Assembly (NCBI GenBank): GCA_000708835.1
Contig: DF237439.1
Span: 5,668 to 69,667 of the forward strand
From: Klebsormidium nitens
Lineage: Eukaryota > Plantae > Klebsormidiophyceae
Length of the DNA stretch: 64,000 nt
Direction: 5' to 3'
A program made the position numbers and the translations under genes. Of this stretch, positions 44,601 through 56,700 are shown piece after piece. The notes below the pieces were generated by a model. That model was not told where the DNA came from and did no database searches. It saw only the letters and a list, made by a program, of their open reading frames with translations. Within the stretch, counting starts at the first letter, position 1. Every line of letters begins with the position of its first letter.

Positions 44601-47600
44601 CCGAACCACGTGGAGAGCCTGCTCAACCCGAAGCAGTGGAAGCTCGCGCGCAACACTGTAGACAACGTGCGCAAGAGTTGCTGCGTTGCTGGGAACATGA
44701 TGGTGAGGGTTTACAGGATTTGAGTTCGTATGTTTTCAGATTTCTTGCAAGCTTTGAGGGATTTAACCACGTGGAGAGCCTGCTCAACTCAATAGCAGTG
44801 GGCTGGCGCGCAATACTCTGAACCACGATCACAAGATTTGCTGGGTTGCTGGAGATGATGATGAGGGCTTCGGCGACCTTTATTCTGCTCTCAGAAAGTC
44901 TGCGCACTTTAAAAGCGGTGCCATGTAGAGAGCCTGTTGAAGCCGAAGCAGTCACGGTGGAAGCTCGAACGCCACACTGTGGATAACGCTCGATTGGATT
45001 GCTGCGTTGTTGACCCAGTATTATCGTGGGGGTGTTCGATTGTAAACAAGCATAACTTCGAGGGTCGCGGGTTGGAGCTTAGGTTTCTTGTTGACCGGGT
45101 AGCGCGCCTGACCGAGACTGAAAGCCCTGCATAACAGGCACACAAGTAGGATCATGATGGCAAGGGATTGGATTCTGTTCTTCTCGGAGGATCTGAGGAC
45201 CCAAGCGCTGGCCGAAGACAGTGTTTGCGTATTTCCCTGTTAGTGAAGGATCAGATAAGTGGCGCATGTGCTCCCCCCATCTCAAGGATCCGCTTGCAAG
45301 TGTGCGGCAGAGGTCCTTTTTGCTAGATGTGAGTCTTCGTCACTCCAAAGCTCGGCCCCCTTTGCAGGTGGAAGATACCCCAGGTGAAATCGAGGAGACC
45401 ATGGAGTCCCTCACGGTTCCCCCCGCGAGAGCTGACCACATCCGATCCGCCCTCAAGAGCGGGGGCCATTGTGACCGGTGCAGGTAAACGCGAGCACTTT
45501 ACATCACCAGGATTGACCGCGAGGAATCATGTGTACGTTGAACGGCTCTGCTTTATGAATTGATGTAAGAGTGATCAAAGTCTTCTGGAAAGGGCAAACA
45601 AGATGGTCTTAGTGAGACCTATCAATCCTACTTTGTCTGCTGACTAAGGAGTCTAAAAACTGGGCGACAACCAGGTCCCTATCTACTGAATTATCTGATC
45701 CTGAAGTAAACGGCGCAAGATCAGGACCAGCAGCGAAAAGATTAAGTCTTTGACCTGAATAACAGAATCGAAGACGGATTGATCCAGCTCGCACCTGATC
45801 ACGGACGCGGTTGAGAGGAGCCGAAGCCATGTGATTCGGGAAGCATTAATCAAAGTCCTCAACCCTGTTTCTTCTTGTCAATCTGCCTGCCGTTGGTCAT
45901 ATTTCGTGCGCACCTCCTCTGTACCGGTTCCGCTGACTGAAGCTCAAGGTCCTTAGTGGGCAGGGACTGCCATAGACCGTAAGACATGCAACAAAAGGAC
46001 CGACAGTGCCCCAAGCTTTCTCGAAAACCTGAACCTTAGACCCTTTCCCAACCAGTGTCTAGAGCTGCCTCCCTCTGGTCACACCCTGCGCGCACCTCCT
46101 GTGCGTCGCTTGCGTCAGCATAAGCGGGACTGCTACAAACCGTACAAGATGCAACACTCGGCAAAAATTCAAGCCCTGGAATCAATCTTTTAACTTTATC
46201 TTTCTATTCCTTCCTCCAAACAGTGCCTGGAGTCGTCTGCCATTCATCACGCCCTGCGCGCACCTGCTCTGCATTGCGTGCGTCAGCATAAGCGCAACGC
46301 ACTGCACCGTCGGGGAGTGCTACAAACCGTACAAGATGCAGCTGAAAGGCTGGCGGCCGGAGAACCCCAGCCCGCGGGGCCCTGTTCCGCAAGACCTCAT
46401 CGAGCTGCAGCCGTCCTACACGCAGGTAAGGGTCGTGGGACCCGGCAGAACAGGGCCGCTTCACACGTTTCCCTCGCCCCACCTTTGAAGCGCAGTGTTG
46501 AAGGATGCTGGGTGAGGTTTCGTGCTAAAGAGCGGAGGTTGAACATTGGGAATTTGGAAGGAAGAAGCATCTTGCGATGTAAGCGGGTTGGCTTCGCAGC
46601 ACATCTTTGCGGTTTTCTGTTCGATCAAAGGGCCGTACATGTGCCGATACGAAGCGGTCCCACATGACCAGTGGGCTGTGTTGAGAACCCCAGTTCGAGA
46701 CGCTGAGCACGGGCCGCCAGGCGTTGGTTGTTGAGAGGAAAGCATTCTAAAAAACGCCAATTGTTGACACCATGTATACATTTGGGTTGTCTGCACTTGG
46801 AATCCCGGTAGACAAATTCCCTCGAAACCGGAATTGATCGATAGAGTATGAGGCTGTCTTATCTGTCCGTCACTTGTGACTACCAACTTGCGAAGCACCC
46901 AAAGCACCAAGGCAACGAGTCAAGAGCTTCTTGCTTGCTAGGCTTGGGCTCGCGATTAAGGACATTGCTCGCCCTTCCCTGAGCGACTGCGTGTTGCGAC
47001 CAGTCTCAATGTAATCGCGCGTCCTAGCCGCCTACAAAGTATGAGGAAAAGATTTCGACAACGAAATCCGGTTTAACCAGGCGGAGTGGAACCCGGACAG
47101 GCAAAACACCTAGAGCAGCAAGCTGACTCAACCCTGTGGGTTTTACTCGCTTATCTGGAACGAAACGAAGCACGGATTTTGAGGGTCGTAAGCCATTGCA
47201 TCTTAAGAAATTTGAACACTGACGAAGTTTGGCGTTTTGCCCAGGCGGAATGGAACTTCGACTGGCCAGAACACCCAGAGCAGCAAGCGGACTCGACCCA
47301 TCCTTTTGCTTGGCTGATTCATGGGTCAACGATGCACGGGTTTGCGTGATCCGAGCGGATCGCTCGTAAATTGTAATCGGAGTCCCAATGACCAATGTTT
47401 GCAGTTTTCTCAGGCGGAGTGGAACCCGGATTGGCAAACACCCAGAGCAGCAAGCTCATTAACCCTCTCCTTTTCACGTGGTGCATTGTTTCTAACGAAG
47501 CACGTCTTTGCGCGTCCTAGCCGCCTACAGAAGATTGGAAAAGGGACTCCCAAAAGGAACAACTTTTTGTTACCAGGCGAAGTGGAACCCCGACTGCCAG

Positions 47601-50600
47601 CACCCAGAGGAGCAAGCTGACTCAACCCTGTCGGTTTGCTCGGCTTCTTTGGATTCAAGCAAAGCACGGGTTCGCTCAATTCAAGCTATTGCATGTCGAG
47701 ATTGTGATTGTTGACAACCTTCTACGTTTTTCCAGGCGGAGTGGAATCCTGACTGGCAGAATACCCAGAGCAGCAAGCTGTCGTACCTCAAGCGCTGCAT
47801 CCAAGAGATGCTCGCCTCCAACGCCGCGCTGCTCGCAAAGGCCGCCACAGAGGAAATTGATCCAGTGCTCCCCCAGGGTGACGTCAGCGGAGGCGAAGGT
47901 GACGCGAGCGCCAGCTGGCAGCAGTTGAAGCCAACGAAAGCGCCAACGGTGTGGTAAGTGCTAAGCCCAACTTGCGCTTCCGAGGACACAATTCGATCCA
48001 CATTTTCGGTTGCTGGACAGTCCAGTATTGACGAGGTCGATCGGCTGAGTAGGCTAGTGGTTAAGGAGTTGATTGATTGAGGAGTCGCTTGTTTCCCGCT
48101 GCCCAGTTGCGTCTAATGTTTTGTGCCACGACATTGTATTTGACGAAAGGAGGCCGCTAAACGACTCCGGCGCTTGGGGAGGGCGGTTCAGTAGGATCGC
48201 CCTTTCCATGCGCCAGGGGAATCGGAAACGTGTTGGACGCAACCGAAGAAGCAGCTTCAGAAGCATCGAGTCGTCGTCTTCAATTTCCCGGAAGTCGTTG
48301 AATGAAGCAATGTCTTCGGCCACTGGCTCCCGATTTGGATGCGACCAGAGACAGAGGGAATCGCTAGGCTTCCGTCTCTTGGGGATCAGAAGTCTCCAGT
48401 TGCAGGAGTTGTAGCAAGACGAAGAAAGGCGGTGTCTGATGCGAGGAGAGTATCGCCGCTCGAAGTCAAGCATAAGGAGCTCGCCACTCTAAGGCAAGCG
48501 CAAGACTGACAACCCCTGTTACAAATCTGACTGACATCTTGCCCGATGCAGGCCCACCGGTTCCGATGCCGGTGCTTCTGGGGGATCCCCCGAGCGGCGG
48601 CCGGAGAAGGCGATTGTGTTTTCGGAGTTCCTGGAGTATCTGACGCTGGTGGAAGCACAGCTGGCCGCTGCGGGCATTGAGAGCGCAGCAATGTACAGCC
48701 CCAAAACGCAAGGCATGAAGGTAAGGCCGCAAAACAGGGAATTGAACGTAAGCAAACGGCAGGTTCTTGGCTTTGGATGTTGTGAGGTATGTACCTTCTG
48801 AGTTGGAAAGTCAGAATAAATAGCTGGCAGCAGTGGGCAGCGATACATAGCCCCAGAATGGCATGAAGGTAAGGTCGAGAAACTGGACTTGTGTAAGCAT
48901 TCCGGAGAGGTAAAGAGGTCTTACTCTCGATAAATGGAGAATACTTGAGGCTAAGCGACAGTTCTATCTCGGGGTTCAATCCACTCCTGAACCAACTATG
49001 CAATCCGTTGTGTTTGTTCCCCCGGCCTTCAGCCCTCGGGTCTGTGTCCCTTCTCTTTCTTCTGATTCGTCCGGAAAGATTGGCGGACTGCGTAGGAGCT
49101 GGAGTGGTCCTGTGGCATACCCTCTGGTCGAGTTCAGCTGTGTCTCATACGAAACATTGCGTTCCACAAGGGCTGCTGCAGCATTCAAAACATCCGTTTC
49201 CGCCAGCCATATTCCCGCTTCCCAATCTGTCTTTACCGAAAACGTCTCGAGCGTCGTTAAGGGTCAAGTTTTGACATTCTCCTCTTCATGGTGCTAATAG
49301 ACCTCGGTGCATCACGAGCAAAGATTTCTGAATTAAATCCACCTTTTCCAGGATTTACCGATTCGCGGCTGCATTTTTGTGCCGTGCTAAGAAGTGCTCG
49401 GTTTGTGACCCCAGCGTCGTATAAGTGGTGCTTTGATTTGCGCGAAGAAAACACTGCATCAGTTCCCATTCAGGGAGAGAAGAAATTGCGGTTGCGTGCA
49501 CGGACGAATCGTATCGGAACCCCGTTTGCAAGGCAACACCCACGAACCCGACGTCTGGACTTGGTCGCCCGACATTTCTCTGAAAGGCTGTCACCACCTA
49601 TCATTACTCCCTACCATTGAAACTACATCACACGGAAAGCTCTTTTAAAGCGCTCCTGATTACCGTGTTTGCAGATGCACGCCCTGAGGCGCTTCATCGA
49701 GTCGCCCACGTGTTGCGTTCTGGTGATGGACTCGACCGCGGCGGTGGGTTTGGATCTGAGCTTCGTCAGCCGGGTCTACCTCATGGAGCCCATCTGGGAC
49801 AAGAGCCTCGAGGAGCAGGTAACGCTCACACCGCGACACCAGCCCAGCGTTATGCGCCTTTTGATCAGGTAAACCAGCATCTGCGTTCTGGAACTCTTCG
49901 CTGGATTGACTGGCGATGTTCTGCCTGGGAGTCTGGCAAAGTGACTACAGTGCGTGTCTTCCAATTGCGGATTCGGGACACTCGTCTGAGCAAGCGGTAT
50001 CATTCCAGCGGCAGAGTCCGTTTGCGCTACAAAGCGGTCTGGTTACTCTAAGTTCATTATCTGCAGTTCCCCCACTGCAAGACAGCGAGATGTTTATGTG
50101 ATTGTCACGACACGCACGGCCCGGTATTGGCAAGAGACAACCTCGCAAATCCATCTGAATCTCGTCAGAAGACTCCAAGAATTCCGTTCCTGCTTAACTT
50201 TTATATAGTCGATGGGCCATCCTGGCAGGCGGCAGATCTGTTTCCCCGCACTCGTCCCATCGCTCCAACGTGTTCCAAAACGCATGCTCTCTTTCTAGAT
50301 TGTGAGTCGTGCCTGGCGCATGGGCGCAACCCGCCCGGTTATGGTGGAGACTCTCGCGATGAGAGGCACCATCGAAGAGGAGATGGTCCAAGTGCTGCAG
50401 GTAGGCTGTCAAAGTCTCAGCTTTACGTTTAGGAATATTTCATACCCTGTTGTTCACTAACACGAGTCCCGCTATCGTCATGATTACGCCTTTACCCAGA
50501 GACGTCTCTCGAGCCGTTTGAATATGGTGGAGACTGTCGCGATGAGAGCCACCCTCGAAAAGGAGATCACGAGCGAGTGCAGGCAGGCGCCTTTAAACCT

Positions 50601-51255
50601 TTCCTACTTGCCGAGGTCCTCTCCCAACTTGCTTTGAACGGGGTGTAGATATTCCCTTCGCCCTACGTATCCCAACGCTGGTTCCATTGTGTCCCTTCGC
50701 CCTACTCTGCTGGACCTGCTTTCAATCCTACTCTGAAAAGTATGTTGCTGGGACGCTAATCCGGAGGGGTGCATGCTGGCCCTTGCGCCGAAACAGATTT
50801 GAAAAAGTTGCAAGACCGCTAGCTTTTCTTGGTGAAACTTGGTACCCTGCGCTTCTTAGACGATGTCAAAGGAGGAGCCTAACCAGTTAAGAAAGTGCCT
50901 GGTAGCTCGGTCGGCGATGTTCCAAGTCTGCCCCTCTACTGAGCTGTCGCCCCACATATTTGAAAGGCGCTGACGGGTGCTGGTCTTGATAGGCTGTGTT
51001 TCTGCAGGTTCAAGCTTTTTCACCGTTTGAACTTGCTCGATGACTGGTCTACAGAGGTGCAGGTTGCTGGATGTTTCAGAAGGGTAGCTTCTTTAAGCGC
51101 AAAGCATTCTTTATTGAAGCTTCAGAATGCCCTTTGTTATGCAGAGTCAGGAGGAATACAGCGGGAAGAGCCACCGGGAGACCCAGGAGCTGAACGCGCG
51201 TATCTCGTGCCTCTCCCGGCTGAGCCCGGTCGGGTTGCCGGACAGTCGGAAATAG
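32645..51255 (+). CDS. F-box / SNF2 helicase / CW zinc finger / RING protein (Arabidopsis At3g54460-type architecture), 18 exons
   Basis: Exons: 32645-33062, 33507-34474, 34924-35156, 35928-38307, 38655-38801, 39737-40029, 40431-40575, 41155-41365, 42011-42117, 43436-43636, 44505-44702, 45368-45483, 46224-46425, 47736-47953, 48552-48720, 49675-49818, 50299-50400, 51145-51255. F-box MCDLPDEVL; CDEPGMGKT; zf-CW WVECEACHKWRRLP..WFCSMN; ILDEGH; WVLTGTP; RING ITPCAHLLCIAC; KAIVFSEF; SRAWRMGATRPV. Confidence 0.93.
37730..38090 (+). repeat. In-frame 21-bp (7-aa) degenerate tandem repeat, D(T/A)ARG(G/S)(L/S)
   Basis: ..SDTARGWLDVAQGGLDTARGSSDTARGSLEAARGGLDAARGSLDA.. within the 2.4-kb exon. Confidence 0.85.
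43136..44150 (+). repeat. Exon 43436-43636 with two upstream acceptor echoes and three downstream donor echoes
   Basis: Copies of gtcgc..tttaca.cc start at 43136 and 43282. Copies of gaccatc..gagtg..aaag|gt end at 43827, 43978 and 44145. Confidence 0.9.
47081..47790 (+). repeat. Five units of 159-169 bp: four acceptor echoes plus the real exon start (AEWNPDWQ)
   Basis: cag|gcg(g/a)a(g/a)tggaa at 47081, 47245, 47414, 47577 and 47736 (real). Confidence 0.92.
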
Positions 51256-52110
51256 CGGCGTTAAACTTGCCCCACGGGACTCGCTGACTCGACCGAATCG
51301 AGTACAGGCAACAAGTCAGTAGGTATTACAGACAAGGGCTCCTATGTGGATATCATGACAACTACGCTTGCTCAAAACAGTTCGATTGTGTGTAGTGTTG
51401 AATGTCGGCCGCGCAGCAGTGTCCTGAGGCAAGGAAGCGTCTTAGAATATCCAACCTGCTGAAGCTGATAAACCGTCATATTGAACTTGTCTCGGCGCTG
51501 TTGGCTGAAGCATACTAACATGCACTTCACACAGAATCAAAGTACTTGCATCATAAACCTCGGATGCATCTATTTTCCTCGCTTATGCATAAGCATTTCG
51601 TATATAACCGACTTAAGTTACTAAACATACTAATGCTGATCAATCGGAATGCCTTCTCAGGCTGGTCCTGTAACGGTAAGATTCAATGATGTACACCGAC
51701 CGCGGCCTTGCGCAGACTCAAAAGGTCCGATATCATCAGATCTAATCATCAGATCTAATATATCTTTGTTGCGATTATTTGTGCTCGATCGGCCGGGCCA
51801 AGATTCGTGCACGGCCTAGCTAGCTGGTGAGGTCGGAAGGGCCTCTAAGCCTAGCTGTCGATAACCAACGGCCGGGCGGCGGCTATTCAAGGCCGGGCTG
51901 ACCGTCCCGACGTACATGGATCGGCACTTCTCTAGCTTAGAGCCCATGCGCAGCATTGAAAGGCATGGCTTGCGTGCAGATGAGTCGGTTCCCAATAAAA
52001 TCCGATGCAGCTAGCACATGCAAGCTTACGAATGGCGGCTGTCACCCAAAACAAGCCTGTTAGACTGGACGTCTACTAGAAATTCCCGGCCATTGGAGAG
52101 TCATGCACTG

Positions 52111-52238
52111 AGTAGGGGCGTCGACCTGCCATTGAAAGCCCAATTCGGCCAGTCGGAAGGCCCATGGTAGCGGCAGTAGGGGCGTCGACCTGCCATTGAA
52201 AGCCCAATTCGGCCAGTCGGAAGGCCCATGGTAGCGGC
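52111..52238. repeat. Perfect 64-bp tandem duplication, intergenic
   Basis: agtaggggcgtcgacctgcc..cccatggtagcggc at 52111 and 52175. Confidence 0.93.
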
Positions 52239-53789
52239 CCAATGATGGCGGCCGCCAAGACTCGGGCATGCACTCAGTGCCATTGCGTACTCATGCAATG
52301 GGCGGCACTGGTTGCTCAGCACTACATGGTGTCCGATTGAAGTCCTGGTTCATGCTGGATCAGTGTCCCGCATGCTGGATCGGCGATTCGGCATCAGTTG
52401 ACCTCACCTCAACTTGGGCGCGCGCGCGCGTATTGCACGACCGGGCACTCAGGAGTGAGGCAGTTCAAGAAGTCATGCATGATGCATCATGCAAATCAAG
52501 TAAATGCTGGCCGCGTTCTCCGGATTCAGGTTCTGCACGCCGTGCAGCATTTACTCAGGAAGGCAATGACAAGCATGCAGGGTTTCCCACGGCCCGGCCA
52601 CGGGTTTTTGTCCCGGCCAGCCAGCTGCGCTGGCACCCTCCCGGTTCTGCCAGCTGAGAAGTCGGTGTTTGTGGCCACCGGCCAGGTTGTACCTGCTGTT
52701 TGCTAGCTACACAGCCGGCGGGCCCCGGGGTGCCTTCGGCACCAGCTGGGGTCCTTCTTTGGCCAGCCAGGTCTGCCCCATGCTGCCAGCTGTGGCAGTG
52801 CCACAGTGGGGATGGAACTCAAGAAAGATAATCAGCAACAATTTTCATGTATGTATGCATCATACTTGGTGTGCACTGTGCACTGTGCTGGTTGATTGTC
52901 ATGATAGAAGCTCCCGGTTTATACAGCATGGATAGCGCCTGGATAGCGCCTGGCTTGGCGTGTGAAAAATTAGGCCAGCTACATGCGGTTAGTTACATAG
53001 CTCGAGTTACCTTGACTTCGCCTCTAATGCGTATGTCGCAATTCTGCGGTAACCCTGGGGTTACGTATTAGTCAGGATACTATTGTGAATAAGCCAAGAT
53101 AATAATTAAGGTACACACTAGTGGGACTCAAACCCTGATGATTGCAACGGCACATGTGACATGCATGATGCAGGCATGATGCACACGGTGCTTACCGTGG
53201 CTAAGGTCTTAACCTGTTCAGGTAGTACTACTGTCTTGTCGAAAGATTCGTGCTTCGTAATTGTGATTTAGGCCGAAGGGTGCCTCTTCACGAAGCATGA
53301 ATGCACATAATTAACAGACTTACTAAAACAAAAGGAACGCCTGAAGGCACCTGAAGGGAATGCGCCTTCCATCTCATGTAGACCTGTGCTAGTCGTGACT
53401 CGTGAGAGGTGCCCTCAAGGCTCAAAGCAGCATTCACTTTGAAACGCTGAAAGTGAAACCGGACCCGTGTGCCAAAGTGAGAAGGCCCGTATTGGAGGCG
53501 CTGGGACTCTGGTCAAATTTTGCTGAGTCGCTAACAGCTCCACCTTTGAAGCCAGCAACTTCTCCATTTACAGACAGCAAGACAGCAAGGCACTTCCTGC
53601 ACCTTCTCTGGACTTCTTGCTCTTGTCTCCTTTTGCAAGCTGATTGCCACCACTCTTCTCTGTCAGCATCTCACTAAGTTGCTACAGACCCTGCTTATTT
53701 TACGTTTTTGGCTTTAGGGTGCCAATCACAGGAATATTTACAGCATCCTCAGGAGAGCAGCAGCGTTACGTACCGTCTCTGTTGATATA

Positions 53790-56700
53790 ATGACGCCAGT
53801 CAGGACTGCAAAAGCTTGGTCGGTCATGAGCTATCCTAGTCTGGCCTCTGCCGCCGGATTGCTTTACAAAGGGTTGAGCGCCAGGAGCTTTGCTATCTTT
53901 GCTCTTTGCGCTGTCGTGAGCTGCTTGGCCCTGGCTCCAGTCATTGCAACTAGTTGTGGGGATGATACAGACTGCACCGATGGTGCTACTTGCTGCAATA
54001 ATGTGTGCGGGGTCACGTGCGGTGATGGATGTTGCCCCACCAGCCTGGGTTACAGCTGCACTGGCAGTGCTTCTTGTGGAGGTGAGCGGGTTAGGTAGGT
54101 GGTAACGAAGCTAGGAATTTGCTCTTTTATTGTCAGCAAAACAGAAAAACCATTGGTGCGGCACAGGCTTGCCATCCTGTATGTTCAGTATGAAGGTGTG
54201 TGCAGAGTTCACCAGAAGTCTCTGCTCTTGATCAACTTCAAAGGTTAAGGCCCTTTAACACTGTCTTCCTATCACTGGAGGACTGCTTAGCCAAGGGATA
54301 AACAGGCTAGCTGGTTTCACGACAGTTAACTCTCCCCATGCATCTGGGCAAGAGACAATCACATGATTGGCTTTGTTCTCAAGGAATGGCTACACCGCAG
54401 AATATTGACAATGTGCATTTGACCATCCTCGGACGTGACTAACTAAACTTTATCAAAAGCTGTGCTGACTTGGATCGAGTCAAAGGGGCAACCGCTTTCG
54501 TCCGCTTTCTTTAGGAGGTGAATGATTTTCATGGAGGGAATATTGCTTTTGACGATGTCGCAGCTAGCCTATCCATAGACATCGCAGGAAATCCACTCTT
54601 TAATGACACGCCACTGCACTTGATGATATGTCGAGCTAGGAATATAGAAGCAAGTGCATTAGAGCATCAGTTGTTATGACCTGGTCTCCTTTCTCCTGCA
54701 GCTTCGATAGGAGGGACTGGAGACCCCATTTCTTCCTCACCGTCCCCCGAGGTGGCCAGCAGCTAACCGGGGATTTCCATGGCAAGGGCAACCAGAGCTA
54801 CTGCATGGTCTCGGACAACTCAATCTGCGTAAGTCCCACAACAAACTAGTGTTTCGAAACAAGGATGAGGCAATGCTGCAGTCACTAATTAAATTGTCAT
54901 CTGCCTAGTCGGCTAGGGGCCCTGTTGCAAAAGGAAAACATGGCAGACAGAAATAGGTTTCACCTAGACTGCTTGGGTATCCTCCTGGTAATAGTATGCG
55001 CCATTATTCAAGGTAGTCTCCTTGCATAATGGCCCTGTTTTGTATCTCAGATTTAGGGTTTACAGGCTCAGAATGAAGAGGTGAGTTTTTTTGTTTTCCT
55101 GACACCCATAGTAGCAGCCTTGAGGTCTGCTGTGGTCTAATTGGCCCAACAAGGCCTGATTCAGGTAGCAACTTAGGAAGCTCGATCTGCAGCCATTAAG
55201 CAAGCCCGCTGTTTATGGTCTGCTTTTGGTGATTGTGATAGAAAACATCTTGATTTAGACAAATATTTTATTTTGGTTGCCAATGACAATGACTCCTGAC
55301 TCAGTAGGGACTGCATGTGCATCTTGCCCTTGGTTGAGTCTTCAAATGATAGAACCATCTGCTCTTTCTATTTAGTGCCGTTGCAAGATGGCTCCAGATT
55401 CTTTTTTGTAATGCATGTATCCCATCAGCTTGGATGTGTTGATGCCGTTTCTCACCTGTGCCTTAGCTTGTCTTACTGCCAAGCTCTCCTTCTACACGAG
55501 CTTACCTAAGTGTGGCGTTCCCCAGTAGTATCATGACATGATGAGCCTAGTCTCTTTCCCTGCTTCCCGGTCTTTCTGACGTGCTCATTTCATGACTGGC
55601 TGCAGTTGAACGCACGGATGTTCAACCTGCCTCCAGATATCAACATCCTCCAGCGAGCACCGAGCGAAGAGGACCCTTTTTTTGAGGGAACGTGGATGGA
55701 TGCGATTGGAGTTGTTTACTCCACACCAGAAGACGACAATCAGCAAGCGCTGGAGATCGTACTCAACCAAAGCAGGGCGCGGGCTGCTTCGAAAGAATCA
55801 CTCACAATCGGTTTAATTGCGAACAACACCATGGTTCTGGTGAGCTCTACACATTGCCCTTCGTTACTTTCAGAAGAAACGACTCGGAGTAGGTAAAGAG
55901 ACTTTAGAAAGCACAGCTGTGGACTTTCAGAACTGCAGAACCTCTATTCAGAAGAACACCGTGCGTTTCTTAGAGTTGCTCGATCAAACTGATAAGATAA
56001 TCTGCTTTGTGGATCAAGTTCCTTCCTACACCACTTGATCTGTTATGGAAGTTGCATGCAACACTTGGAGAGATCAAAGTTTTTGAGCTCCAGATTTGCA
56101 GAAACTGCAGCAAGGCATGGATGTTCCATCAGGCCCTTGAAGCTTTAAAACGAATTGAGAAGTAGTAAAGCAAATAAGGTCCAGGGACCTAAATTGACTT
56201 CAACTTTCTATCCAAGCTACTAGCTAGTCTTCAGATGGTCAAAATGGCCCGTGCTCAAGCCTCATACATGATCAACCCAAAAACCACGTCCTGTCTTTGA
56301 AGATGCCGACTGACAGACCAAATCTCCTGTTACCAAATCTCCTGTTACCAAATCTCCTGTTACCAAATCTCCTATTACCAAATCTCCTGTTCAGGTTCCG
56401 GTAGGCGTGTCCACGTGGACCAGTCCCGATAAGACGCTCAACGTGACCTACCAATCCGAGCTTCGAACCTCCGTGGCGATTTTCGTCACAAATCAGCTGA
56501 AGATGGATGTCTGGGTGGAGGTTGACAAGGAGATTGTCTCGGATCCCCCAATCTACAGCCTCAGCTTTGACATCCAGTCGATTGCGACCACGCCAGAGGT
56601 CCATGGGGTGAGCAGCCAACAGCCCTGCCTACGCTTGATTACAACCCTGCTTGGACATCGATGTTTTAGAAGGGATGTGCATAAAATGCCAGAACGTCTA

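Noticed and set aside
51732-51757. 13-bp direct duplication as a transposon footprint or TSD
   Set aside because: There is no associated element or terminal repeat; simple slippage explains it.
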